Part shown: one piece after another, positions 1 to 8,256 of the stretch
How positions within the stretch are numbered: the first letter of the stretch is position 1
Layout: every line of letters starts with the position of its first letter
Source of the DNA: Solirubrobacterales bacterium
GTDB lineage: Bacteria > Actinomycetota > Thermoleophilia > Solirubrobacterales > 70-9
Direction of reading: 5' to 3'
DNA: 64,000 nt
Assembly: GCA_044867645.1 (NCBI GenBank)
Contig: JBIOVI010000063.1
Location: forward strand, 329 to 64,328
Made by a program: the position numbers and the translations under genes
Notes under the pieces: generated by a model
The model's input: the letters and a program-made list of their open reading frames with translations, nothing else
Told to the model about the DNA's origin: nothing
Databases searched by the model: none

Positions 1-273
1 CTCGCGCTGGCACTCACCGTGGCGACGGCCTTCGCCTATGGCCTGCTCACCGTCCAGTACGCGCTGTTCACCGCGGCGATCACGACCTATGCGGTCCTGC
101 TCGCCGACACGCTGGGCGAGCCTGCCTTCGAAGCGGCAGCCCAGCGCGCCGGGGCGACTGCGATCGGCATCGCCATCGCCGGCGCCGCCTTCCTGCTCTG
201 GTCGAACCCGGGGGAAGGGGGGAGTGGGCAGGAAAAGCCCCGCGTCGCCCCGCCGGAGGCGGCGGCCCGGTAG
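1..273 (+). CDS. C-terminal fragment of a hydrophobic integral membrane protein (5' end outside window)
   Basis: Open frame runs from the window edge to TAG at 271-273. Hydrophobic helices present ([39 protein letters not shown]). Family not recognised. Confidence 0.45.
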   Translation, partial: LALALTVATAFAYGLLTVQYALFTAAITTYAVLLADTLGEPAFEAAAQRAGATAIGIAIAGAAFLLWSNPGEGGSGQEKPRVAPPEAAAR

Positions 274-332
274 ATTCCTGGCCAGGCAGCCAAACGCCGC
301 GCCAGACACGCGGGAGACCACAGGAGCAAACT

Positions 333-1526
333 TTGAGCAACCGCACGTACGTGATCGGGGTCGGGATGACGAAGTTCGAGAAGCCCGGCACCAAGGAGGG
401 CGACTACCCGGACTGGGCCAAGGAGGCGGGGGAGAAGGCGCTCGCCGATGCCGGCATTCCCTACGAGGACGTCCAGCAGGCCTACGCCGGCTACTGCTAC
501 GGCGACTCGACCTACGGCCAGCGAGCGCTTTACCAGCTCGGCCTGACCGGGATCCCGGTGGTCAACGTCAACAACAACTGCTCGACCGGCTCCTCGGCGC
601 TGTTCCTCGCCCGACAGGCGGTCAAGGGCGGCCTCGTCGACTGCGCGCTGGCGCTCGGCTTCGAGAAGATGGAGCCGGGCTCGCTCGGCGTCAAGTACAC
701 CGACCGCACCAACGCGCTCGACAAGCACGCGATGCGGATGTTCGAGATCCGCGACCCCGAGCAGTCGCCGCCCGCCCCGCAGATGTTCGGCAACGCCGGT
801 CGCGACCACATGGAGAAGTACGGCTCCAACCCCGACCACTACGCCTGGATCGGCTGGAAGAACCACAAGCACTCGGTCAACAACCCGTACGCCCAGTTCC
901 AGGACGAGTACACGATCGAGGACATCAAGGCGGCGAAGATGATCCACGATCCGCTGACCAAGCTGCAGTGCTCGCCGACTTCCGACGGCTCGGCCTGCGC
1001 GATCGTCGCCTCCGAGCGCTACGTCGAAGAGCATGGCCTCGGCGGCCAGGCGATCGAGATCGCCGGCCAGTCGATGGTCACCGACCTCTCCTCGACCTTC
1101 GCCGAGGACACCGACTGCATGAAGATCGTCGGCTCCGACATGTCGAAGCAGGCGGCTGAGGAGGCGTACGCCGAGGCCGGCGTCGCGGCCGAGGAAGTCG
1201 ACGTCTGCGAGCTGCACGACTGCTTCAGCGCCAACGAGCTCATCACCTACGAAGCGCTCGGCTTCGCGGCCGAGGGCGAGGGCCACAAGCTGGTCGAGGA
1301 AGAGGCCACCACCTACGGCGGCAAGGTCGTCGTCAACCCGTCCGGCGGGCTGATCTCCAAGGGCCACCCGCTCGGCGCGACCGGCCTGGCGCAGTGCTCG
1401 GAACTGACCTGGCAGCTGCGCGGCGAAGCCGACAAGCGGCAGGTCGAGGGCGCCAAGACCGCCCTGCAGCACAACATCGGCCTCGGCGGCGCCGCCGTGG
1501 TCACCGTCTACAAGCCGGCGGCCTAG
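333..1526 (+). CDS. SCP-x / lipid-transfer-type thiolase family protein
   Basis: 397-aa ORF with TTG start after CAGGAG. Thiolase-like N-terminus [10 protein letters not shown], Cys context [12 protein letters not shown]-terminal GHPLGATG and NIGLGGA. Confidence 0.85.
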   Translation: MSNRTYVIGVGMTKFEKPGTKEGDYPDWAKEAGEKALADAGIPYEDVQQAYAGYCYGDSTYGQRALYQLGLTGIPVVNVNNNCSTGSSALFLARQAVKGGLVDCALALGFEKMEPGSLGVKYTDRTNALDKHAMRMFEIRDPEQSPPAPQMFGNAGRDHMEKYGSNPDHYAWIGWKNHKHSVNNPYAQFQDEYTIEDIKAAKMIHDPLTKLQCSPTSDGSACAIVASERYVEEHGLGGQAIEIAGQSMVTDLSSTFAEDTDCMKIVGSDMSKQAAEEAYAEAGVAAEEVDVCELHDCFSANELITYEALGFAAEGEGHKLVEEEATTYGGKVVVNPSGGLISKGHPLGATGLAQCSELTWQLRGEADKRQVEGAKTALQHNIGLGGAAVVTVYKPAA

Positions 1527-1549
1527 GGGTCGCTGGAGAGGAGGGCACG

Positions 1550-2437
1550 ATGGCGAAGGAGAGACGCTCACTCAGCGGCAAGGTCGTGGCGATCACCGGG
1601 GGCGCCCGGGGGATCGGCAGGACGACCGCGCAGGCTCTCGTCCGCAAGGGCTGTCGGGTAGCGCTCGGCGACCTCGACCTCGAGCAGGCCGAGCAGGCGG
1701 CTGCCGAGCTGGGCGGCGGCACGGTCGCGATCCAGCTCAACGTCACCGACCGCGACTCCTTCGCCGCTTTCCTCGACGAGGCCGAGCGACAGTTGGGACC
1801 GCTCGACGTGCTGATGAACAACGCCGGGATCATGCCGGTGACGCCGTTCGAGCAGGAGAGCGACGACTCGATCCGCCGCCAGCTCGACATCAACGTCTAC
1901 GGCGTGATGGTCGGCACCCAGCTCGCGGTGCGCCGGATGAAAGCGAGAGGGCGCGGCCACATCGTCAACATCGCCTCCTCCGCCGGCAAAGCGGGCGTGC
2001 CGGGGATCGCCACCTACGCGGCGACCAAGCACGCGGTCGTGGGGCTCACCGAGGCGGTGCGCGCCGAGTGCCGCGGCAGCGGCGTCGAGCTCTCCTACGT
2101 CATGCCGATCACCGTCAATACGCAGCTGATCGAAGGTCTTGCCGACAAGCGCGGCATCAAGCGGGTCGAGCCCGAGGACGTCGCCAAGGAGATCGTCGAT
2201 GCGCTCGAGCTGGGCAAGGTCGACGTCTACGTGCCCCGCGAGCTGAGGGCCTCGGTCGTCCTCGGCACGCTGCTGCCGCGCCGCGCGCGCGAGGCGGTCG
2301 CCCGCTTCATGGGCGTCACCGAGGTGATGACCGAGGTCGACCCAACCGCTCGCCGCGCCTACGAGGAGCGGATCTCGCACAACGATCCGGGCGTCGAGGC
2401 CGAGGCCACCGAGGCCGAGAAGCAGAAGGCCGCCTAG
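1550..2437 (+). CDS. short-chain dehydrogenase/reductase (SDR) family oxidoreductase
   Basis: ATG at 1550 after GGAGAGGAGGG. Contains TGGARGIG Rossmann motif, NNAG, and catalytic YAATKHAV (YxxxK). The long ORF (from 1394) was trimmed. Confidence 0.85.
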   Translation: MAKERRSLSGKVVAITGGARGIGRTTAQALVRKGCRVALGDLDLEQAEQAAAELGGGTVAIQLNVTDRDSFAAFLDEAERQLGPLDVLMNNAGIMPVTPFEQESDDSIRRQLDINVYGVMVGTQLAVRRMKARGRGHIVNIASSAGKAGVPGIATYAATKHAVVGLTEAVRAECRGSGVELSYVMPITVNTQLIEGLADKRGIKRVEPEDVAKEIVDALELGKVDVYVPRELRASVVLGTLLPRRAREAVARFMGVTEVMTEVDPTARRAYEERISHNDPGVEAEATEAEKQKAA

Positions 2438-2448
2438 GGGCGGATCGA

Positions 2449-3309
2449 CTAGGCGGCTTCGTCCTCGCCAGCCCTGCCCCTGAGGATCGCCTGGGTCGGC
2501 GATTCCCAGGGCGCAGGCTCAACCAGGCTGACCCGAGACACCCGGCGGCGCACCGCGCGTGGAAGCCAGACCCGGTAGGTGACCGCGCGGAGCATCCGTG
2601 CCCGGCGTGATGGCAGGGGTGGCTCGAGCAGCATGCGCCGCGCTGCGCGGGGAAGCTGCACGGCGATTTGCACAGGCGCCACCGTGCTCTCAGCGGAAAA
2701 CGAGGCGAGGAATCTGCGGACGGCGTCGTTTGGATCGCTGTCCGCCGCGAGCCACTCAACGTGTCCCTTCTCTTGAATCTCGTGGCCGATGCGGCCGAGA
2801 ACGCCAACCTGTTCGGCCATACGCTCGAGTTGGGCCCGGCGACTCGGATCGGGCGTCTGATCAAATCCGCCGCACCAGACGCCTCGAACCAGACGGCCGA
2901 GGATCATCGCCCCGTTCGAGCCGTACTCATCTCCGGCCGCCTGATAGGTGACAAGCAGTTCGCGCCCGTCGACCAGGCGGCCTTCCAGCGTCCAGCGCAG
3001 CTGACCGCGCCGTGGGTACACACACTCCATCGTTCCTCTCACCCGGTTTCCCTGGCGGCGAAGTCGGATGAGGCCGATGAAGTAGGGAGCGCACCACCCT
3101 GCATCGTCAGACCTGTAGGCCACGCACCAGAACCAGCGACCGAGAGGAGTACGCTGGGCCTGGAGGCCGTCGAGCAATCGTACGAGCGCCTCGCGCGCCA
3201 GAACTCCGATCAGGGTAAGCGCAAGCGCCACCCCCAATTCGGGGACTGAAAGACCCGCTAGAACTGCCATGCGTCGCCACCTCCACCGACCGAGCCTTGG
3301 GCGCGCCAA
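2449..3309 (-). CDS. hypothetical membrane-anchored protein (orphan)
   Basis: 286-aa ORF with an N-terminal TM helix (AVLAGLSVPELGVALALTLIGVLA). No motif recognised. Start and true extent uncertain in a high-GC context. Confidence 0.4.
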   Translation of the reverse strand: MARPRLGRWRWRRMAVLAGLSVPELGVALALTLIGVLAREALVRLLDGLQAQRTPLGRWFWCVAYRSDDAGWCAPYFIGLIRLRRQGNRVRGTMECVYPRRGQLRWTLEGRLVDGRELLVTYQAAGDEYGSNGAMILGRLVRGVWCGGFDQTPDPSRRAQLERMAEQVGVLGRIGHEIQEKGHVEWLAADSDPNDAVRRFLASFSAESTVAPVQIAVQLPRAARRMLLEPPLPSRRARMLRAVTYRVWLPRAVRRRVSRVSLVEPAPWESPTQAILRGRAGEDEAA

Positions 3310-3594
3310 TGAGGCAGCGAGAACTCGCCGGGGTCGTCTGCTATAAGTCCCCTCCAGCCGGGATCCATTTAGTCTTTCCCTTTCTTGTTGAGGCTTGGAT
3401 TTCGACTAGCGCGAGCCCCGCTGAACCCGGGGCTTGTGCGCTTCCGGGACTCACTTTCCGCTTCCCCCAAAAGGGAGAGGTGAACGCGACGTAACTGTCT
3501 GGTTACAGACCAGTTACAGGCGGAAGCAGTGCTGTTCCCAAACAAGTAGGAACGTTCTCTTCAAAGCACCCCGAATTGGCGTTAAATTCCCAAC

Positions 3595-4236
3595 GTGGGC
3601 CGGATCTACGACGCGACCTGGGGGAGGGTCTTCTCGGCCCTCTACGACAGCATGCTGCGCGGCACCGAGGAGGCGGGGCTGCGCGACCGGCGCCGCGAGG
3701 TCCTCTCCGCGGCGCGCGGTCGCACGATCGAGATCGGCGCCGGAACCGGGGCGAATCTCGGCCTCTATCCGGCGGCGGTCAGCGAGCTGGTCCTCGCCGA
3801 GCCCGACCCCCATATGCTCAAGAAGCTTCGTATGAAAGTGGGGGAAGGCGGGGTGGACGCCGAGGTCGTGGCGGCACCGGCACAGAGCCTGCCCTTTGCC
3901 GACTCGAGCTTCGACACGGCCGTCTTCACCCTGGTCCTCTGCACGGTTTCCGATCCCGCCGCCGCGCTCGCCGAGGCGGCGAGGGTCCTGCGGCCCGGCG
4001 GCAAGCTGCTCTTCGTCGAGCACGTCCGCGCCGAGAACGCCGACCTCGCCCGCTGGCAGGACCGGCTCGAGCGGCCATGGCGCTTCATCGGCGACGGTTG
4101 CCACTGCAACCGCGACACCGTGGCGACGATCGAAGCGTCACCGCTGACGGTCGAGCGGGTCGACAAGGGCCAGCTGCCGAAGTCGCCGCCGCTGGTGCGG
4201 CCCCTGGTCTGGGGCAGCGCGACGCTGGCCGCTTGA
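3595..4236 (+). CDS. class I SAM-dependent methyltransferase
   Basis: 213 aa. SAM motif I TIEIGAGTGANL, post-I and motif III region LRPGGKLLFVEH (Methyltransf_11-like). Confidence 0.8.
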   Translation: MGRIYDATWGRVFSALYDSMLRGTEEAGLRDRRREVLSAARGRTIEIGAGTGANLGLYPAAVSELVLAEPDPHMLKKLRMKVGEGGVDAEVVAAPAQSLPFADSSFDTAVFTLVLCTVSDPAAALAEAARVLRPGGKLLFVEHVRAENADLARWQDRLERPWRFIGDGCHCNRDTVATIEASPLTVERVDKGQLPKSPPLVRPLVWGSATLAA

Positions 4237-4277
4237 GCTTCGGCAAGCCGTGCGCAGGGTCAGCCGCTCGCCGATCT

Positions 4278-4297
4278 AACGCACGATAATGGCGGTT
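4278..4297. repeat. left copy of 20-bp direct repeat AACGCACGATAATGGCGGTT (attL-like)
   Basis: Exact match to 12327-12346. The downstream sequence diverges (CTCCGCTTG). Confidence 0.9.
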
Positions 4298-4422
4298 CTC
4301 CGCTTGTTGCGTCCGGATGGTTTGCAAGGTTCGCCGCGTGAATCAGACCATCTGGCAAGGGCGGGGTTTCCAGGGGTTTTTTGAGGCATCCGTCGCCCTT
4401 GCCAAGACTTTAGGAGGCGGCT

Positions 4423-4752
4423 ATGCGCGCGTCTTTTCCGACGCAATTCGACGGGGTCATCCTCGGCAAAAGTAGGGAGGCGGGGTCTTTCGACACTCCC
4501 GACGGCGAGGTCAAGTTCGGGGATGCTTACGAGCTGTCGTTCGAGAGTAGTGATGGGCTCACCCAAACTTGCCGAGTTGGCCTTAAGCAGCTCGATGAGG
4601 CCTCCGACTTCGATGTCCAGAAGGCCGGCCCGTTCAGGGCTGTTCGGGTTGTCGGCGACGTTCAGGTCAGTGACAAAGGGGGGTACCTCCGGCTCACGTC
4701 AGTGAGGCTGCACCCGTCTTCTGACCCGGCCAACGCTGGCAAAAAAACCTGA
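4423..4752 (+). CDS. prophage protein, 109 aa (candidate ssDNA-binding gV analogue; function speculative)
   Basis: ATG 7 nt after TAGGAGG. Soluble, beta-strand-rich looking sequence, first gene after attL. Size is in the range of inovirus ssDNA-binding proteins, but no motif was recognised. Confidence 0.6.
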   Translation: MRASFPTQFDGVILGKSREAGSFDTPDGEVKFGDAYELSFESSDGLTQTCRVGLKQLDEASDFDVQKAGPFRAVRVVGDVQVSDKGGYLRLTSVRLHPSSDPANAGKKT

Positions 4753-4770
4753 TCGGGGTGGGCTTCCGAC

Positions 4771-5388
4771 ATGGAGCAGCGCCCGGCGATTCGTCGTCGT
4801 CTCCTCCTCGTTGGCTTCTTGCTCTCGCTTGGCGTCTATGCGCTGGTGGGGCTGGCGGTCTTCGCAGGTCGGGCTCTGGCTGACGAACCGCCTGTCTATA
4901 CGCCACCCGCCGAAATCGCCTCGGAGCCACCGGCTCCAGAAGGCCAGCCGTCGTGTCCCGACCTCGAACTCGAAGCCTTCGAAGGGGAAGACGCGGCGGC
5001 CGGCGAAGTGCGGCTGTTGCGAGGAGAGTCGGCTGAGGCGTGCGCTGCAATCTCGGCCCGACTTGACCGCATCCGGGAACGCCTCTGGTGGATGGTGGCA
5101 GAGGCACTGGTCGCCGGGGGCAGGGCCGAGCTCAGCCATGAGCTTCTCGAGCAGATCGGGGAATCTGTCGGCGAACCGACCTGTCCGATGCCTTGCCCGG
5201 TGTTGATCGACGGCGACTCTCCGGTCGAAGTCCAGGATTCCTCTTCGCAGGAGTACAACGACGAATTGGTCAGCGCGGTCGATGCCTCCGGAGAAGCGAG
5301 CAAGGCGGCGCTCTGGTTTATCGCGGGGCTCCTGGTGGCCGGCGTCATCGCCTACATGATCATCAGGGCGGTGCGCGATGGGACGTGA
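4771..5388 (+). CDS. prophage type-I membrane protein, 205 aa (signal peptide + acidic ectodomain + C-terminal anchor)
   Basis: N-terminal RRRLLLVGFLLSLGVYALVGLAVFAGRALA-DE, acidic Cys-containing middle, C-terminal TM ALWFIAGLLVAGVIAYMII followed by RAVRD. Confidence 0.6.
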   Translation: MEQRPAIRRRLLLVGFLLSLGVYALVGLAVFAGRALADEPPVYTPPAEIASEPPAPEGQPSCPDLELEAFEGEDAAAGEVRLLRGESAEACAAISARLDRIRERLWWMVAEALVAGGRAELSHELLEQIGESVGEPTCPMPCPVLIDGDSPVEVQDSSSQEYNDELVSAVDASGEASKAALWFIAGLLVAGVIAYMIIRAVRDGT

Positions 5389-5445
5389 TGCGCAGTTCGG
5401 CATCGTCATCCGGCGGCGGTCGTTCTTCTGCGTCTCGCGCCCGGC

Positions 5446-5874
5446 ATGGGTCGCCTGTTCACGTGCAGGTGTTGTGCTCAGGTGGTGGCGCTGATGGCGA
5501 TCGCTCTCGCGGTGTTCGTCTACCTGGTGGTCCGGATCAGTTGGTGGCTCACGGGATTCGTCTTCCGAGGGGCGCAGCCCCGATCAGCGCGGTGGTCGCT
5601 CCAGCGCCCGTTGTTAGGGCGCTGGTCGCCCTCATCTGTAAGGAGGCTGCGCGGCCTCGCTAACCACGGTCCGGATGCAGTACTTCCTCGCACCGCCACG
5701 ACCTCTACACGACCTACCCGCTCGATGTTGGTCGGGTCGGGGGCGATCTCCCCGGCCCCTGATTTGGGGGCGTTCACCGCGGGCTTGGAAGTCATGGTCT
5801 TCACCGCACTATTCACGGTCAGCGCGTTGCTGGTGCTGATGTGGATCATAAAAATGATGAGGGGCAGTGAGTAA
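5446..5874 (+). CDS. prophage membrane protein, 142 aa (may be two smaller products)
   Basis: N-terminal TM (VVALMAIALAVFVYLVV) and a coat-like C-terminal TM (MVFTALFTVSALLVLMWIIKMMRGSE). Locally low-GC codons. Start uncertain. Confidence 0.45.
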   Translation: MGRLFTCRCCAQVVALMAIALAVFVYLVVRISWWLTGFVFRGAQPRSARWSLQRPLLGRWSPSSVRRLRGLANHGPDAVLPRTATTSTRPTRSMLVGSGAISPAPDLGAFTAGLEVMVFTALFTVSALLVLMWIIKMMRGSE

Positions 5875-5911
5875 GCGGTGCGGGCCTCTCGACACAGAAA
5901 GGAGGTGCAAC

Positions 5912-6154
5912 ATGAAGATCATCAAGTCCTTGGGGGGCAAGCTGTCCCTCGCACTCGGCGTCTGCATGCTGACTGCGCTGGCCCTGGCCAGTTCGGCATC
6001 GGCGGCGCTGACGGTGGACGCGAAAGATTTCACCGAACCGGTGGAAACGCAGCTCGGCACGGCGGTCCCGATTGTCGTCGGGTTCCTGGCTGCGGTCTTC
6101 GTGGTCGGCTTCGTGATCCGATGGATCATCAAGCGGGCTCGTTCCGCCACCTGA
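5912..6154 (+). CDS. major coat protein precursor (pVIII-like), 80 aa
   Basis: ATG 5 nt after AAAGGAGGTG. Signal peptide ends ASSASA/A. Predicted 49-aa mature peptide has an acidic N-terminus (D,D,E,E), the helix AVPIVVGFLAAVFVVGFVI, and a basic tail RWIIKRARSAT. Confidence 0.75.
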   Translation: MKIIKSLGGKLSLALGVCMLTALALASSASAALTVDAKDFTEPVETQLGTAVPIVVGFLAAVFVVGFVIRWIIKRARSAT

Positions 6155-7713
6155 GGCTCGGGGTCCTGGGAGTCGTTTTCGGCGTGCTGGTTCTGGCGCT
6201 GCTGGCGACTCCCGGGACTGCCTCTGCGTTCATCGGTGAAAGCGTCGTGCTCAACCCCGCCAAAACCGACCTGACGGGACCGGCGAAAACGATCTTGACT
6301 AACCCAACGTTTCTTCCGGAGACGACTGATGGAGCGGCAGCACTTGGCGGGGTCGCGGAGGAGTCGGCCGCAGCGGGAGTCTTTGAGGGGGCGGGCATCT
6401 TGCCCGCACTTGCGTCGGTTGTGTCGTTTGGAGTCGGCACGGTGATCGGCTCTGAGATTTGCAAAGTGATCGGCATCGAAGGGTGCTGGTATTTCGGTTC
6501 CGAAGGAGCCGACCCGGCGACTGGTGTTGCGGAATACCATTGGAATTGGATAGGCGCTGGCGAAGGTAAATACCCGTTCAACTGGTACTGGTCGCGTGGT
6601 GAAGCGGGCTACAAGTACGGATCGGGGGCGAAAAGCGCCTGCGGGAACGTGATTCCAGGTGGCATGAGCCTTTTCGATGCTACTGGCGGGAATACGGCGT
6701 GCGGGGTCGGCGAAAAAATCCCGACGCCGAACGGTCTCCCGTGGCGGTGGGCAATGGAGAATCGTGTGCTCGACTATCACGCCGTGGATGACCCGGGCAC
6801 TTCGAACTACGCCTACACGGCTCCCTCGAATTGGTCGGAAAAACTGGCGAAACAGTTGAAAGAACACTCCGGGGACGCGGCCGGGCGTGTCGGGCAGAAG
6901 ATCGCATCCAAAATCGGAGGTTCAGGCGTGTCTGACCCGTACCCGCACAAAGTCACGATCCCTTCTTGCAGCGGTGAGTCGTGGATCGAATGCAAAGGCG
7001 ACCTTGAAGAACTCGAACTGGTGCCGGAACGTGTGGAGCTCGACTGGTCGGATGCCCATCTGGACCTCGCGCCTGACGAGGTCGTTGAACTCGATCCGGC
7101 TCCGTCGACGAAAGTCGAGGTACCGAGTGAATCGGCGGTCGTCGTCACTACCAACCCTGATGACGCCGGGATGCCGATCGTCGTTCCTCAGCCCGAACCA
7201 GGGGAGACCTACAGCCATTACGCGGCGCGCCTGAACTCGGGGCTCTCTCCCGAACGTCACGATCTGGAGGCTGCTTTCGTCTCGCCCTCAACCGGGCCGA
7301 ACGGAGTTGTCTCGGTCCAGCCCGAGCCGGAGACCAGGCTGGACCCTTCAACGACGCACAAAGTCGATGTGTCGACCAACCCAGCGGACGCCCCGATGGT
7401 GGCCGCCCCCTGGTCGCCGCCGTCGATCCCGTCGATCAGCATGGCACCCCTGACGACCCTGGGCAGTCCGTGCTCTGTTTTCCCCTTCGGCTTGCTCTGC
7501 TGGCTCGGTGAAGGACTTGCTCAGTTCAACACCGCAGGCGTTTGTCCGCACGCGGCGGTCCCCGTCAACGACGAGGCCGATTTTGAACTCACCTTGTGTG
7601 GTGAAACCTCCGACCAGGTGATGGGGTACGTGCGGCCGGCGTTGCTCCTGGTCTTCATTGTCGGTTGCGGCTTCTTGTTCGCAAAGGCGACGAAGGCGAT
7701 CGGCGGCGACTGA
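6121..7713 (+). CDS. adsorption / minor coat protein (pIII-like), about 530 aa
   Basis: ATG at 6121 inside the 611-aa ORF gives signal peptide RHLRLGVLGVVFGVLVLALLATPGTASA. The Cys-rich ectodomain is followed by a Pro/Glu/Thr-rich repeat region and a C-terminal anchor ALLLVFIVGCGFLFAKATK. Confidence 0.65.
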   Translation: MDHQAGSFRHLRLGVLGVVFGVLVLALLATPGTASAFIGESVVLNPAKTDLTGPAKTILTNPTFLPETTDGAAALGGVAEESAAAGVFEGAGILPALASVVSFGVGTVIGSEICKVIGIEGCWYFGSEGADPATGVAEYHWNWIGAGEGKYPFNWYWSRGEAGYKYGSGAKSACGNVIPGGMSLFDATGGNTACGVGEKIPTPNGLPWRWAMENRVLDYHAVDDPGTSNYAYTAPSNWSEKLAKQLKEHSGDAAGRVGQKIASKIGGSGVSDPYPHKVTIPSCSGESWIECKGDLEELELVPERVELDWSDAHLDLAPDEVVELDPAPSTKVEVPSESAVVVTTNPDDAGMPIVVPQPEPGETYSHYAARLNSGLSPERHDLEAAFVSPSTGPNGVVSVQPEPETRLDPSTTHKVDVSTNPADAPMVAAPWSPPSIPSISMAPLTTLGSPCSVFPFGLLCWLGEGLAQFNTAGVCPHAAVPVNDEADFELTLCGETSDQVMGYVRPALLLVFIVGCGFLFAKATKAIGGD

Positions 7714-8009
7714 TGCTCACGCTGCTCTCCGACATCTGGCACGGCATCCTCGATATTCCGTACCTCGTGGTCGCCCTTCTGGTCGAATCGATCAATGGCT
7801 GGATTCTGATCCTGGCGGCGATTGTCTCGGCCATCCTGGCCGTGCTCCCGAGCTTCCCGAGCATCCCTACTCTTGACGGTGACATTTTGGCTGGCGTCGC
7901 CTGGTTCCTGCCGATCAGCGCGATGCTGGCTGTGTTTTCCACGTTCGTGGGGGCCTTCGTCATCTGGCTTGGCGTCTCGGCGGCCCTTCGCTGGGGGAAG
8001 ATGTTGTGA
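7713..8009 (+). CDS. pVI-like polytopic minor coat / membrane protein, 98 aa
   Basis: ATG overlaps the upstream stop (TGATG). Three hydrophobic segments. Lies directly after the pIII-like gene, as in Ff phages. Confidence 0.6.
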   Translation: MLTLLSDIWHGILDIPYLVVALLVESINGWILILAAIVSAILAVLPSFPSIPTLDGDILAGVAWFLPISAMLAVFSTFVGAFVIWLGVSAALRWGKML

Positions 8010-8131
8010 GCCGGTCAGAGCGGCTCAGGGATGGCCTGGCGGCCTTTCTCGGCCGACGGGTTCGTGGCGTCGTCACCCTTCTCGTGTTGTTTGTGCTGCT
8101 GGGTCAGTTAGCGAAGGCGGCCCTCGGGTGA
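8006..8131 (+). CDS. 41-aa single-TM mini-protein (hand-translated)
   Basis: GTG overlaps the upstream TGA (GTGA). Sequence VSRSERLRDGLAAFLGRRVRGVVTLLVLFVLLGQLAKAALG. Below the ORF-track size cutoff. Confidence 0.45.
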   Translation: MSRSERLRDGLAAFLGRRVRGVVTLLVLFVLLGQLAKAALG

Positions 8132-8256
8132 GATGGATCGTGGCCATGGTGCTGGCGGCCGTCGCTGGCTCGATCGCATACAGCCTCGGGGCCGGTCCCG
8201 AGGTTGCCTACGTGGTGAGGTCTATCGTCCGCCATCTTGCCGGGGGGTACGGGTGA
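8128..8256 (+). CDS. 42-aa single-TM mini-protein (hand-translated)
   Basis: GTG overlaps the upstream TGA (GTGA). Sequence VRWIVAMVLAAVAGSIAYSLGAGPEVAYVVRSIVRHLAGGYG. Its TGA overlaps the GTG of the Zot-like gene. Confidence 0.45.
   Translation: MRWIVAMVLAAVAGSIAYSLGAGPEVAYVVRSIVRHLAGGYG

Noticed and set aside
87-1571. Very long ORFs antisense to or overlapping recognisable genes. Examples are 87-1571(-), 17273-18607(-), 18550-19989(-), 20133-21548(-), 25510-27243(-), 49171-51498(+), 55690-57000(+) and 45925-47208(+).
   Set aside because: Their translations are Arg/Ala/Gly/Pro-rich with no motifs, and they shadow genes that have clear family signatures. These are typical stop-codon-poor frames of ~70% GC DNA.
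5878-6120. N-terminal 81 codons of the 611-aa ORF, which would give one giant protein starting at 5878.
   Set aside because: This part overlaps the SD-led coat gene in another frame and translates to Arg/Gly-rich junk. The internal ATG at 6121 yields a proper signal peptide.
8133-8252. ATG at 8133 as the start of the Zot-like protein.
   Set aside because: The 40 extra residues are Arg/Gly-rich and would displace the Walker A from its usual N-terminal position. The GTG at 8253 fits the chain of GTGA couplings.
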